A DNA stretch of 64,000 bases, from positions 96,001 through 160,000 of the forward strand of contig CAVRJO010000001.1 of the NCBI GenBank assembly GCA_963722255.1. Direction: 5' to 3'. The notes below the pieces were generated by a model. That model was not told the DNA's origin. It searched no databases and worked only from the letters and a program-made list of their open reading frames with translations. Of this stretch, positions 1 through 10,735 are shown in pieces (positions within the stretch are counted from its first letter, which is position 1; each line of letters starts with the position of its first letter). A program made the translations under genes and the position numbers. The stretch is from Candidatus Babeliales bacterium (GTDB lineage: Bacteria > Babelota > Babeliae > Babelales > JANWKD01).

Positions 1-1
1 T

Positions 2-163
2 ACTACACTATTCAATTTCGTTTTTTACCACAAAACTTTTACTACAATTAGATTTCATCAATATAAATATGAAGAACTTCCGTCTCTTTATTCATTTACG
101 GTTGCTATTGAATCTGCAAAATATAACCAAAATTATGAGGCATTGGAAAGGGTTAGAGGATAA
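2..163 (+). CDS. 3' end of a hypothetical protein (truncated by the window edge)
   Basis: Frame 2 is open from the window start to TAA at 161-163 (...YEALERVRG*) and is followed by a terminator-like hairpin. Confidence 0.5.
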   Translation, partial: TTLFNFVFYHKTFTTIRFHQYKYEELPSLYSFTVAIESAKYNQNYEALERVRG

Positions 164-204
164 AAATTGCTTGATAAGTTAACCTAGGGAGATCATTGTC
201 AAAA

Positions 205-244
205 AGAGAGAGCCAACCTGTTTTTAAAAACAAGTTGGCTCTCT
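205..244. terminator. Bidirectional intrinsic terminator between convergent genes
   Basis: Inverted repeat agagagccaac...gttggctctct flanked by A/T runs. Confidence 0.75.
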
Positions 245-260
245 AAATTAAGATTATTCT

Positions 261-1694
261 TTATTGATATGTTAATCGCGGTGTAAAATCCAGCACTCCT
301 GTTTTTATGAGACCATAGGCAGCAAGCCCGACGGTTAAACCCCCGTAGGTAAATAACGCAGGTTTTGAAGAAAGAGCATAAGAACCAAACGACACTGAAT
401 TAGCAAAATAACGTTTATACCAAGGTTGAGTTATTGCTTTTTTAATACGAGAAATTGAAGGCATTACAACTATATCATCATCTTCATCTGTCAATCTCAA
501 ACCTTGGATCTCGCTAGTACAGTTCTGCAATGCAGCAATTTGGTCTTGAACATTAGTCAAGATCTTATCAATTTCTTCATTCAAGACTGAATGAGTAATT
601 TCACCATTTTTCCTCAAAAACCTCCTGTATGAATATTCTTCACTTATAAGTTGAGATCTAATTTCAGGAACCATTTTTGCATATGCAGATTCTAGATGAC
701 AAGGTGCAATTGCAGGATTTTTTAACCTAACAGCTTCGCAATGGGCATTTTTAACAAGATCCGATAGATCTCTTCCTGAAAAACCAATAGTCAATTCTGC
801 AAGCGATTCTAAATAATCAATCCCGGTGCCTGAAATTGGAAAAGATTGCGAAAATTTCATTAAAATATCTTTACGATGTGCTGCCACAGGCGGCTCAATT
901 TTAACACAACTAAACCTTTGAATAAAAGCTCTATCAAGCTCAAAAAGATGGTTTGTAGTACCTATTAGTACTACATTTTTTGGCAGCTGCTGGATTAATG
1001 TATTCAACTTGCTAATGACATCTGCGTTTTTGGTTTTACTTTTTGGACCAACGCGTTTACCAATAGCCTCAATTTCCTCAATTCTAACAATAACCTTTTT
1101 TCCTTCTTTCATTGCTTTTTTAGCAACCTTATTTATTTCTGCTATAAGAACATCAGTAAAATGCAATCCATAACTTTCAGCTATGTTTGCAAAATCTGTT
1201 CCTAAGTAATCAAGATAATAAGAATCAAGGGCGGCTGCAATTTGAGGAACTACAGAAGATTTACCAACCCCTGGTTGTCCATAAAAAATATAATGAGTTC
1301 TATCTTGATCAATTTCGTTTTCAGGGTGTTCACTTTCAGTATTGTGATCAACTGCAGCAATATCTTTTACAATATCATGAATATTTGTCGAAAAAATAAA
1401 CCTACTATCTAATGACGGCATTGTATATTTCTTTTCTTTAACTGCTTTGCCCATACGCATTTTTTGATATAATTCCGATGCACCATTTGATGCAAAGACA
1501 TTATAAAAAATTGAAGCGGTATGAAATGCCAAATTAATACCTATATTAAGGCCTATGTTTAATGCCTGTTGTTTTAATGTTGGCTCTTGCTTGAACTCAA
1601 AATTTTGCCCACGAAACTGAGCATTCGAAATACCAGGAGAAAGGACAAGAAAGGCGCCTAAAAAGAGCGTAACTCTAGAATAATTTATATTCAT
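261..1694 (-). CDS. AAA+ family ATPase with N-terminal signal peptide and C-terminal hydrophobic segment
   Basis: Walker A GQPGVGKS, Walker B-like VIVRIEEIE, second region of homology TTN..LDRAFIQRF, lid motif GFSGRDL. Confidence 0.8.
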   Translation of the reverse strand: MNINYSRVTLFLGAFLVLSPGISNAQFRGQNFEFKQEPTLKQQALNIGLNIGINLAFHTASIFYNVFASNGASELYQKMRMGKAVKEKKYTMPSLDSRFIFSTNIHDIVKDIAAVDHNTESEHPENEIDQDRTHYIFYGQPGVGKSSVVPQIAAALDSYYLDYLGTDFANIAESYGLHFTDVLIAEINKVAKKAMKEGKKVIVRIEEIEAIGKRVGPKSKTKNADVISKLNTLIQQLPKNVVLIGTTNHLFELDRAFIQRFSCVKIEPPVAAHRKDILMKFSQSFPISGTGIDYLESLAELTIGFSGRDLSDLVKNAHCEAVRLKNPAIAPCHLESAYAKMVPEIRSQLISEEYSYRRFLRKNGEITHSVLNEEIDKILTNVQDQIAALQNCTSEIQGLRLTDEDDDIVVMPSISRIKKAITQPWYKRYFANSVSFGSYALSSKPALFTYGGLTVGLAAYGLIKTGVLDFTPRLTYQ

Positions 1695-1830
1695 TTATAT
1701 CATCCAAAAAAAGTGTTAAACATCAACAAACACAAAAACTATTATGATAAAAGATTATCACAATTAATAGTTTTGTCGACATATAAGCAATATTTATTAA
1801 ATAATTAACTATTAAAAAATATTTTTAGTA

Positions 1831-4458
1831 TTATTTTATAACACTATTAGAATTTAGTTTTTTGAGATATCGACCCGTATGACTTTGTGAATTACGCATA
1901 ATATCAGCCGGCGTTCCTTGCGCAACGATATAACCACCCTCATCGCCACCTTCAGGGCCCAAGTCAATAATATGATCAGCGACTTTAAGCACATCAAGGT
2001 TATGCTCTATGATAATCATAGAATTTCCTTTTGCAACTAAACGATTGAGCACCATTAATAACTTTTCAATATCATGCGTATGCAATCCGGTGGTCGGTTC
2101 ATCTAAGACATACAACGTTTTTGAGCCACGTTTTGCAAGTTCATCAACTAATTTTATCCGTTGAGCCTCTCCGCCTGATAGGGTTGTCGATGGTTGTCCC
2201 AACTTGAGATAATCAAGCCCCACATCACAGAGCAGCTGTAACCGTTTTGCAAGATTTTTATGAGCAGCAAAGAATTCAACGGCCTCTAATGCTGAAAGAT
2301 CAAGAATATCCGCAATAGATTTACCCTTATACATTATTTGCAAGGTTTCTTTGTTATACCGTTTACCTTTACACATTTTACAGGTCATAATAACATCAGC
2401 TAAAAACTGCATTGAAACAGTAATGGTGCCATCGCCTGAACATTCAGCGCACCGACCCTCAGGCACATTAAAACTATAGCGGCCTACCTTATAGCCTCGT
2501 ACATTACTTTCAGGCAGCTGTGCAAAAAGTCTCCGTATTTCGTCAAAAATGCCTAAATAGGTAGCAGGATTTGAGCGTGATGTTCTTCCAATAGGCGATT
2601 GGTCAATAACCACCAATGCTTCTAGATTTTCGGCTCCGGTTAAGCTTTCTGGCTCTTGGCTCACAAACTTTGTTCTTCCTCTACTTTGTAATGCTCGCTC
2701 AACAGAAGGAACCAATTGATCGAGAACCAATGAACTTTTACCCGATCCTGAAACCCCTGAGACACAACAAAAGACACCCAATGGAAACTTTATGGTAATA
2801 TTTTTCAAATTGTTTTTTTGTGCGTTATGCAACGTTAAAAAGCCTGTCGGCTTACGCAGTTCATTTGGAATAGCAATATATCGCCTTCCTGACAAATAAG
2901 AACCCGTTAAAGAAGCATTATTCTGTGCAAGCTCTTGTGGCGTTCCGTAGGCCGTAACGTTACCGCCTAAAATACCCGCAGCTGGCCCCATATCAATAAG
3001 ATAATCAGCTTGTTGCATCGTATCGGTATCATGTTCAACAACAACAACAGTATTGCCTTGATCACGTAATGTTTTGAGTGTTTCGATCAAACGGTCATTA
3101 TCGCGCTGATGCAAACCGATACTTGGTTCATCTAAAATATACAAAACTCCGCTTAATGCTGAACCAATTTGCGTTGCTAAACGAATTCGTTGACCTTCGC
3201 CTCCTGAAAGCGTCACGGCCGTTCTTGTTAAAGAAAGATACCCTAACCCCACATTACGTAAGAAGGTATAACGATTTATAATCTCTTTTAATAAAGTCTT
3301 ACTAATAGCAGCATCATTACTGCTCAGTTTAAGCTGAGTAAAAAATTGCAATGCTTCTTTTACTGAAAATGAGGCGATATCATATATTGTTTTATCACCA
3401 AGAAAAACCGACAATGCATACTTGTTAAGACGCTTGCCTTTACATTCAGGACATTCTTTTTGATGGCGATAATCGGTATACACGCCTAAAGCTTCACCGG
3501 CCATAAAGCTCCAATCATAAAGCATTCCTAACCCATTACACTTTTTACAAGCTCCAATAGGCGAATTAAATGAGAAGAGTCTGGGTTCAAGCTCAGGAAA
3601 TGAGATTGAACAATTAATACACATACGGTGTGATGAATAGGTATATTCTTGCGGCCCAACAATAATTTTACAAAATCCTTGCGCAAGCTTGAATGAAGCC
3701 TCTATTGCTTCGTTAAGGCGAGATTGTTCATCAGCATTAACTTCACAGCTATCAATGAGGACATCAATAGAATGTTTGAATGTTTTTCCAAGTTTTAATG
3801 CCTTAATTTCATCTTGATGAGAAAATCTTATTTTTTGGCCATCGATACTAAAGCGATAATAGCCATTTTCAAAAAGCTGAATAAGTTGTTGTACAAATTC
3901 ACCCTTTTTAGCTATAGCAACAGGAGCTGCAACCGTAATGGTCTGTTTATAAAACTGATTCTGAATCATAGAACCGATATTCTCAGGCGATTCAGCAGAA
4001 ATTGGTAAGGAACAGGTAGGACAACTTGGCTTGCCAATTCGGGCAAAAAGAACGCGTAAATAATCATAAATTTCAGTAATAGTCCCCACGGTAGAACGAG
4101 GATTGTGACCAACTGTTTTTTGTTCAATAGCAATTGAAGGGCATAAGCCATCAATGCGATCAAAATCGGGCTTTTTTGCAATACCCAAAAATTGACGTGC
4201 ATAGGAAGACAATGATTCCATATAACGGCGTTTACCTTCAGTATATAAGATATCAAGTGCTAATGAGCTTTTACCTGAACCCGAAGGGCCGGTAATAACG
4301 GTTAGTGCATTCTTAGGAATAGCAACATCAATATTTTTTAGATTATGCTCGCGAGCTCCTATAACTGTAATCCATTGCGTTAACTTTGTACTCTTTTTTG
4401 CTTCTTGAGCGGTATCTTTTTTTATTTTTTTACTAATTTTTTGTGAACAAATCTCCAT
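1831..4458 (-). CDS. uvrA: Excinuclease ABC subunit A
   Basis: GAREHNLKNI, two Walker A motifs (GPSGSGKSSL, GVSGSGKSSL), two LSGGE signatures, Zn-finger CxxC pairs; ATG at 4458 preceded by GAGGGG. Confidence 0.97.
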   Translation of the reverse strand: MEICSQKISKKIKKDTAQEAKKSTKLTQWITVIGAREHNLKNIDVAIPKNALTVITGPSGSGKSSLALDILYTEGKRRYMESLSSYARQFLGIAKKPDFDRIDGLCPSIAIEQKTVGHNPRSTVGTITEIYDYLRVLFARIGKPSCPTCSLPISAESPENIGSMIQNQFYKQTITVAAPVAIAKKGEFVQQLIQLFENGYYRFSIDGQKIRFSHQDEIKALKLGKTFKHSIDVLIDSCEVNADEQSRLNEAIEASFKLAQGFCKIIVGPQEYTYSSHRMCINCSISFPELEPRLFSFNSPIGACKKCNGLGMLYDWSFMAGEALGVYTDYRHQKECPECKGKRLNKYALSVFLGDKTIYDIASFSVKEALQFFTQLKLSSNDAAISKTLLKEIINRYTFLRNVGLGYLSLTRTAVTLSGGEGQRIRLATQIGSALSGVLYILDEPSIGLHQRDNDRLIETLKTLRDQGNTVVVVEHDTDTMQQADYLIDMGPAAGILGGNVTAYGTPQELAQNNASLTGSYLSGRRYIAIPNELRKPTGFLTLHNAQKNNLKNITIKFPLGVFCCVSGVSGSGKSSLVLDQLVPSVERALQSRGRTKFVSQEPESLTGAENLEALVVIDQSPIGRTSRSNPATYLGIFDEIRRLFAQLPESNVRGYKVGRYSFNVPEGRCAECSGDGTITVSMQFLADVIMTCKMCKGKRYNKETLQIMYKGKSIADILDLSALEAVEFFAAHKNLAKRLQLLCDVGLDYLKLGQPSTTLSGGEAQRIKLVDELAKRGSKTLYVLDEPTTGLHTHDIEKLLMVLNRLVAKGNSMIIIEHNLDVLKVADHIIDLGPEGGDEGGYIVAQGTPADIMRNSQSHTGRYLKKLNSNSVIK

Positions 4459-4629
4459 GGGCCCCTCTTTAGATCGATTTCTCGTAAACAAATCTACTCA
4501 TTAATTGATTATTAGTAATTTTACACTTATTTTATTTTTTTGCAACGCATACCACATTGACCAACAACTATGCTTCAAGTATTCTAAACTCAAATTATAC
4601 TAGCTTCTAAGAGGAGTGCACAGTTTAGC

Positions 4630-5151
4630 ATGAAACACACTATTAAGCTTTTCATGGGAATGATATTGCTTTTGTGGACATTATCAAACAACGGGATAAC
4701 AACCCCTTTACAAGCTCAAGCTTACCATGCCTACAGCCCTTATAAAGAAAGCTTTCGTTACTTCTGGCATTCTTTAAGCGAAGATCAACAAAACAAGCTA
4801 AAAAAAGAATTAAATGAACATCTTACCCTATATTTAGAGAGCAAAAACAAAAGCAGATCATACTTAAAAAGTAAAAAAATTAGCTCGGGCGCCTTTTGGG
4901 CATTTATTATTCCTTCTTTAAGTTTACTAACCGGGGTATTACTTATTATTATGATTAAAGACTTTACAACTCTTTCGCAAACGATTCGCGCAACCTTTGC
5001 TGCGCTTATAGCCTGCCAGGCCGGAGCTAGCTTTATTTCGGGGCTTTCAAAAATTATTAAAGGAATATGTTACAAACGGCGACTAGAAAAACGTTGTAAC
5101 CGAGATCAAATACTTTTACAAGCGATTGGAACCTATGAACAAGAATCTTAA
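4630..5151 (+). CDS. Hypothetical membrane protein (signal peptide + 2 TM)
   Basis: 173-aa ORF, GAGGAG upstream, hydrophobic segments; same layout as the next gene. Confidence 0.7.
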   Translation: MKHTIKLFMGMILLLWTLSNNGITTPLQAQAYHAYSPYKESFRYFWHSLSEDQQNKLKKELNEHLTLYLESKNKSRSYLKSKKISSGAFWAFIIPSLSLLTGVLLIIMIKDFTTLSQTIRATFAALIACQAGASFISGLSKIIKGICYKRRLEKRCNRDQILLQAIGTYEQES

Positions 5152-5692
5152 TTATATACTAATGTTACTGGTAATTTTTAGTTTTACATCTTTTATTATT
5201 AGTATGGAGCAAAAGATGCCCCTGAAAAGCGTGCTTGATGCCGCACAAGAATCACAATTGGATTTCAATCATTTCCATGCAAAACATTTATATGACTTCG
5301 AACAAGATCGTATTAAGGATGCTTTAAAAACTCAAAAAGCAGTTATCAAGGCCAAAATACAATCATTACCAACATCTCCCTTTATACTTAATGAAAAATT
5401 GAAAAAAGGTATTCGGTATTCTCTACCAACAGTCATAACCACATTACTAGGCGCATGTGGCTTATATGAGGTACAGAAAAGTCTTCAAACTGATAATGGG
5501 AACTTGCAGAATTTAGTATATTCTTGTGCTGCTGTTTTTACCTGCGGATATTGCCTAAAGCATACATTGCCCTATTTCAAAATTGGCATTTTCTCATTGT
5601 ATAAAGGTTTCTCTTATAAAAAATACTTGGAAACTAAATTAGAAAAAAACAAAGAAGCTTCTAAAAAAATCAATGCTACAACAAACAATTAA
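5135..5692 (+). CDS. Hypothetical membrane protein, probable paralog of the upstream gene
   Basis: Signal peptide, 2 hydrophobic segments, C-terminal KGFSYKKYLE resembles KGICYKRRLE upstream. Confidence 0.7.
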   Translation: MNKNLNYILMLLVIFSFTSFIISMEQKMPLKSVLDAAQESQLDFNHFHAKHLYDFEQDRIKDALKTQKAVIKAKIQSLPTSPFILNEKLKKGIRYSLPTVITTLLGACGLYEVQKSLQTDNGNLQNLVYSCAAVFTCGYCLKHTLPYFKIGIFSLYKGFSYKKYLETKLEKNKEASKKINATTNN

Positions 5693-5755
5693 TTTTCAAA
5701 ATAGTTATTTTTAGGTTGATTTTATACGTAAAATAAAGTAATTTTATCTTCGTAC

Positions 5756-5832
5756 GGTGAGCGTAGCTCAGTTGGTAGAGCATCAGGTTGTGGTTCTGAG
5801 GGTCGTGGGTTCGATCCCCACCGCTCACCCCA
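5756..5832 (+). tRNA. tRNA-His(GTG)
   Basis: G-1, acceptor GTGAGCG/CGCTCAC, anticodon arm TCAGG-TTGTGGT-TCTGA, GTTCGAT T-loop, C discriminator, CCA. Confidence 0.96.
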
Positions 5833-5916
5833 AATAAGCGCAAAAAAAGAAGTTGCCTTAATCAGAAAAAAAATATAAAGTGGTCTTGGTTGATTGAATA
5901 AATCTGAATTTAACGT

Positions 5917-5992
5917 CGGGGCGTGGCGCAATTGGTAGCGCACTCGCTTTGGGAGCGAGGGGTTGCCAGTTCGAGTCTGGCCGCCCCGACCA
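5917..5992 (+). tRNA. tRNA-Pro(TGG)
   Basis: Acceptor CGGGGCG/CGCCCCG, anticodon arm CTCGC-TTTGGGA-GCGAG, GTTCGAG, ACCA end. Confidence 0.96.
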
Positions 5993-6048
5993 TTAGTTTC
6001 AAAAAAAGTAGTAAAGAAATTCAAAACTGTTCTATAAGGTTACCTTTC

Positions 6049-6312
6049 ATGAAGAAATTCTTTGTAGTCATCTGCTTATTATCAGCAACTTTATCACTGA
6101 CCATGTCGATGAATGAGCAAAAAGTAATTCAAATGATAGCTAACAATCATCCCCGCTCTGTTGATGAATTTATTGAATACTATGAACCATGCACTCTTTT
6201 ACTGAGTGGTGCATGTTCAAAAATTTTAGCGGTCGGCAATGACTTATTAAAACAAATTGAGCTTCTTAATCGAGCATTTAATGCTTCTGAACAAAAAATA
6301 AAGCAGGATTAA
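6049..6312 (+). CDS. Small hypothetical secreted protein
   Basis: MKKFFVVICLLSATLSLTMS signal peptide; the upstream part of the tracked ORF overlaps tRNA-Pro and is excluded. Confidence 0.65.
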   Translation: MKKFFVVICLLSATLSLTMSMNEQKVIQMIANNHPRSVDEFIEYYEPCTLLLSGACSKILAVGNDLLKQIELLNRAFNASEQKIKQD

Positions 6313-6316
6313 TATC

Positions 6317-7195
6317 GTGAATACCGTAAAAAGAATAGTTCTATCGCTTCTCTTTATTGTTAGTAGTTATATCTCTCAATCATGGTGTGATTTAAATGAC
6401 TTACCCATCATTCAAGAATCAAATGATTTTATTATGAAATCAATCAACGAAATGAATGAAGAACTATTTACACCAAAAACATTACAGATACTGTGTAATA
6501 TTTTCTTTTCAGCATTTGAATATGCTCGATTTGATTTGGAATCAAATTTTCTTAAAAGATCAATCATAACAGAACTGGATAAACTTACTAAGGAATCAGC
6601 TTGTGCTACTTGTGCATTTAACAAGTCACTAAAAATGCTTGATCAGTACGAAAAAAATAAAAAACTCGCTTTGCAACGCTGGAATCATGTTTCTGCCTTT
6701 ATGAATGAAAATGAAGCGCTTACGGAACTTTTTACGCTCATTGCAACTGCGCGTTTAGAATTCTTGAATACCGTTGTAAAAAATAACTCTGATGAGATTT
6801 CAGTTCTTATAACATCATTACTCACCGCCACTCGAACAACAACACAAAAAATTCACATAGTTTCAAATTTTTTACAAGCTGCTTCTGAAAAAGCATTACC
6901 TATAGATTATGAAGAATCTTATGCACAATTAAAAGAGATAGATATTCTTAGCACTATTACACAACAATTAAATAATGAAATAGATTCTTTACGAAGCTCT
7001 CTTCATGCTTTTGAACAGTATAATGATACCTTTTTAACCTTGTGTGCAATTCTTGATATGCTCTATTTCAATAGGCTTCATGAAATATTGCTTAAAAAAT
7101 CGGAAGATACTGTATATAATACCATTCTTTTTAATGAAAATGGTTTAATTCCTGAAGATGAACGAGTAGATCTATTGCCTTATGCTATTAATTGA
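6317..7195 (+). CDS. Hypothetical secreted alpha-helical protein
   Basis: 292-aa ORF with signal peptide, overlapping the rodA start. Confidence 0.7.
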   Translation: MNTVKRIVLSLLFIVSSYISQSWCDLNDLPIIQESNDFIMKSINEMNEELFTPKTLQILCNIFFSAFEYARFDLESNFLKRSIITELDKLTKESACATCAFNKSLKMLDQYEKNKKLALQRWNHVSAFMNENEALTELFTLIATARLEFLNTVVKNNSDEISVLITSLLTATRTTTQKIHIVSNFLQAASEKALPIDYEESYAQLKEIDILSTITQQLNNEIDSLRSSLHAFEQYNDTFLTLCAILDMLYFNRLHEILLKKSEDTVYNTILFNENGLIPEDERVDLLPYAIN

Positions 7196-8294
7196 TCGAC
7201 GTTACCTAAGATACTTTGATTGGTTAAGTTTATTCATTATAATTCTTCTTTCATGCATTAGTCTCCTTTTTGTTTTTAGCGCAACCTATAAGGTTACTCA
7301 ACCATTTTCTCTTTTTTTTAAGAAGCAAGCTTTTGGAATAGCCTCAGGATTTTGCATTTATTGCACATTTTGCTTTATTGATTATCGAACACTCTACCGT
7401 TGGGGCTATTTTTTCTATTATATTCTTCTTGGGCTTCTTGTTATTACACTTGTTAAAGGTTCCACGGCAATGGGAGGACAACGTTGGATCAACCTTTTCT
7501 TTTTTAAATTTCAACCTTCTGAATTAGCAAAGCTCTTATTACCTGCATACATTACCTATTATTGCTATACACAAAAGAACTTTCCTCACCTTGATCTTAA
7601 CCATTTTATGCCTATAATTACCACCATCTTTATCAGCTTTATTCTCATTTTAAAACAACCCGATTTAGGAACAGCCATTATTGTCTTGCTATCCGGACTT
7701 ATTCTTTTATGGTTAGCCGGCATTAATCATAAATTTTTTATTTTGGGAGCACTAATTTTTTGCATAACCACTCCACTTAGTTGGAAAATTCTAAAGCCCT
7801 ATCAAAAACAACGAATTATGGTTTTTTTAGGACAAGGAGAACGACACAAGGAACGCTATCAAATAGAGCAATCAAAAATTGCCATTGGCTCAGGAGGCGT
7901 TTCTGGAAAAGGATTTTTACAAGGAACCCAAAATAAACTTATGTTTTTACCTGAAAGTCGTACCGATTTTATCTTTTCTGTGATTGCAGAAGAGTTTGGT
8001 TTTTTTGGCACGATTGTTCTTCTTATTCTCTTTTGTTTACTCTTTTTTCGTATTTTTTACATCATACTCTCAATTAAAAATGCTAGTGCACAACTGCTTG
8101 CCACAGGCCTTTCTATCCATATCGTACTTTCAACCATTATCAATATTGCTATGGTTATTGGATTGTTACCGATTGTTGGGATTCCATTACCTCTGATTAG
8201 TTATGGAATATCGCATCTTTGGATAACATTCGCCAGTTTAGGTTGGTTTAATGGCATTGCAATGCGACGATTTTATATCAACTTTAGTCAGTGA
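7182..8294 (+). CDS. rodA: Rod shape-determining SEDS glycosyltransferase RodA
   Basis: GGQRWI, FQPSELAK, QPDLGTA, QSKIAIGSGG, LPESRTDFIFSVIAEEFG, GIPLPLISYG. Confidence 0.93.
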   Translation: MLLIDRRYLRYFDWLSLFIIILLSCISLLFVFSATYKVTQPFSLFFKKQAFGIASGFCIYCTFCFIDYRTLYRWGYFFYYILLGLLVITLVKGSTAMGGQRWINLFFFKFQPSELAKLLLPAYITYYCYTQKNFPHLDLNHFMPIITTIFISFILILKQPDLGTAIIVLLSGLILLWLAGINHKFFILGALIFCITTPLSWKILKPYQKQRIMVFLGQGERHKERYQIEQSKIAIGSGGVSGKGFLQGTQNKLMFLPESRTDFIFSVIAEEFGFFGTIVLLILFCLLFFRIFYIILSIKNASAQLLATGLSIHIVLSTIINIAMVIGLLPIVGIPLPLISYGISHLWITFASLGWFNGIAMRRFYINFSQ

Positions 8295-8368
8295 TTTTTG
8301 TATAAATTTGCTCTTCATATAACAAAAAAGTAATATAATAGCGTAGCTTTCTCTTATTTTTAGTACAT

Positions 8369-8425
8369 AATTCCGAAATATTCTTATGAACACCACCTCC
8401 AAAATTTTCACTTTCCTCTGTGGAC
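8369..8425 (+). repeat. Direct repeat copy 1: duplicated 5' end of the prohibitin gene (remnant sORF 8386..8442)
   Basis: 52/57 nt identical to 16590..16646 by manual alignment; encodes MNTTSKIFTFLCG versus MNNSSKIFTFLCG. Confidence 0.85.
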
Positions 8426-8634
8426 CTCAAGAAATACGATAGCTCTCATATCTTATGACAAACATTAAGATGCGATCTCTATTTTTTTAAATTTTTAAAA
8501 ATCTTTCATTTAGATCTCAAATTATAGTAGATATAGTAAACAGGCATTGTTAATGCTGTAGTACAAAAATTTAATTATTTTACCTAATAACTATTTTGTA
8601 TAATAGTCTTTACTATAAAAAAAGGATTCTATAA

Positions 8635-10701
8635 ATGAAGTTCTCTCTTAAAACCTCTTTAAAAGCAATAGTATTGCTTGCTTGCTCTATCACTATGTTT
8701 TGTGGATTTATTATATCTGAATGTACAAATAATATATATGCTACTAAACAAAAACCTTTTTCAATGGGTCATGGGAATCAAAAATATAGCGTAATTCCTT
8801 GTATGCTAGATCTTAAAAATATAATACAAGCTCTTATTGAACATCATATTCAAAATAAAATAGAAGATGAAATTCCAGAAGAGTTTTTTATTTGCTACAA
8901 AACATTACTCGAAGGCAAAAATATATTTTTGACCGAAGATTTATTAAAAGCATTAACCTATATAGCTTTGAAACTTGATGAACTCACTCAGTCCAAAGCT
9001 CCTCGAGAAGATGCACCAAATGGGAATCCAATTGTTGGCCCATTAATTGCTTGTGATATTAGTTCGAAAATTATTTTAGTAAATCAAATAATTAACCTTA
9101 TTAAAAATTGCTGTAATCAATTAGAAGAAGATTTTAATCTTACTTTTAGTTTAGTTACTGATTTAAATACTACGATCACAACGTGCATAACTGTCATTAC
9201 TGCTTTAGACTTTTCAGCTACTGCGACAGTATTAGCTGATATACAAAATACTCTAACAGCATGTTGCCAAGAGATAGCAAATGAATTTCAACAAACATGG
9301 ACCATTCTAGCAGCTGGATTCAATGAAACTTCAACGGTACTCGCTGATATAAAAAATACCATGACCTCATGTTGTGCGAATACTCAACTAAATTTTCAAG
9401 GAACATTTACTCTCATTACATCTATACAAAATAGCAAGCGGTGTCCTCCTATTTCACTCTGCTCGCCAATTCAAATTATGGCACCAACAACTATTTCTAC
9501 ACCAGGTTTTTACTGTTTAAATAACGATATTAGTGGTCAAATTGTTATCAATGCAAATGATGTTACACTCGATTTAAATAGTCATACGATTACCGGAGGA
9601 GGTATTGGATCAGGAAGCGGCATTATTGTCAACTCAGGATTTAATAGGCTTATTAAGAATGGAAATATCACTGCATTTGATAATGGTATTCAATGTATAG
9701 GAAACACTGATACCGTTATAGAAAATCTTATAATCACAAACTGTTTTATTGAAGGTGTTACCATAAATACAGGAACTGCCATTTTTCTAGATTCATTATC
9801 AATACATAATATATCAGGAATTGGTGTTCATTTTGTTAATGGAAATGATGCAAGTAGTATAAAAAATAGTACCGTAACACAATCTGAACAAGGATTTGTT
9901 TTTGATTTTATTTATAACAGCTTAATTCAAAATTGCAATGTTCTTGATTGTAGTTCAAATTTAAACATTACTGCAGGAAACGTTGGCGGTTTTATTATCA
10001 ATAATGGAAGCTTTATTCAAATTAATAACAGCTCTGTTAAAAACTATGTAGGGCTTCAACGCATAGCAGGGTTTGCATTAGTTAATGCGGTAGAAAACGT
10101 TATTTTTAGTAACTGTACTGCTCAAAATATTGTTGCAACATTGCCTGGACAGGTCGTTTCAATCGCCTTTGGATATATAGCAGGTTTATTCACATCGCAT
10201 TTAGAATTCACTGATTGCTCAGCTTTATCTGTTACTGCTGATCAAATTGCTGTTTGCTTTGAAATAGAAGGCCCCGGAGTAACGCTTGATAAATGTAGCG
10301 CCCAAATTTGCACATCAAATAGTATTCTTGCCGATGGTTTTCACTCCATAAGCAATAATGTATCTATAAGTTATTGCCAAGCTTATAAATGCAAACAAAA
10401 CGGCTTTAATCTAGATTCATTTAACAATAGTACGGTACTTCAATATTGCCAAAGTGCATACAATAATAATGGATTTATCATTCAAACACCTTCCAGTCTG
10501 CTTGATAATTGCGTTGCATTTAAAAATAATATTGGATTTAATCTTAATATTGCAGGAATCTCCCTTGTACATTGCTTTGCAGCACAAAATACTACTAATT
10601 ACACATTTTTTGCTAATAATGTACAAAATGCAAATACCCAAGTTAATAATGCCGCCCCTCTCCTTACCGGTCCCTTTGCAGGAGCAAACCTATTTATGTA
10701 A
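8635..10701 (+). CDS. Secreted CC-repeat coiled-coil + right-handed beta-helix protein (paralog 1)
   Basis: Signal peptide, DIKNTxTxCC repeats, PTTISTPGFYCL cap, N..GF beta-helix repeats, C-terminal NANTQVN..LTGPFAGANLFM. Confidence 0.85.
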   Translation: MKFSLKTSLKAIVLLACSITMFCGFIISECTNNIYATKQKPFSMGHGNQKYSVIPCMLDLKNIIQALIEHHIQNKIEDEIPEEFFICYKTLLEGKNIFLTEDLLKALTYIALKLDELTQSKAPREDAPNGNPIVGPLIACDISSKIILVNQIINLIKNCCNQLEEDFNLTFSLVTDLNTTITTCITVITALDFSATATVLADIQNTLTACCQEIANEFQQTWTILAAGFNETSTVLADIKNTMTSCCANTQLNFQGTFTLITSIQNSKRCPPISLCSPIQIMAPTTISTPGFYCLNNDISGQIVINANDVTLDLNSHTITGGGIGSGSGIIVNSGFNRLIKNGNITAFDNGIQCIGNTDTVIENLIITNCFIEGVTINTGTAIFLDSLSIHNISGIGVHFVNGNDASSIKNSTVTQSEQGFVFDFIYNSLIQNCNVLDCSSNLNITAGNVGGFIINNGSFIQINNSSVKNYVGLQRIAGFALVNAVENVIFSNCTAQNIVATLPGQVVSIAFGYIAGLFTSHLEFTDCSALSVTADQIAVCFEIEGPGVTLDKCSAQICTSNSILADGFHSISNNVSISYCQAYKCKQNGFNLDSFNNSTVLQYCQSAYNNNGFIIQTPSSLLDNCVAFKNNIGFNLNIAGISLVHCFAAQNTTNYTFFANNVQNANTQVNNAAPLLTGPFAGANLFM

Positions 10702-10735
10702 GGTAATAGAAAAATATACTATATAAGGAATAAGA

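Noticed and set aside
5722..6048. ORF 5722..6024 (-) and the 5' part of ORF 5923..6312 (+)
   Set aside because: They are shadows of the tRNA-His and tRNA-Pro genes
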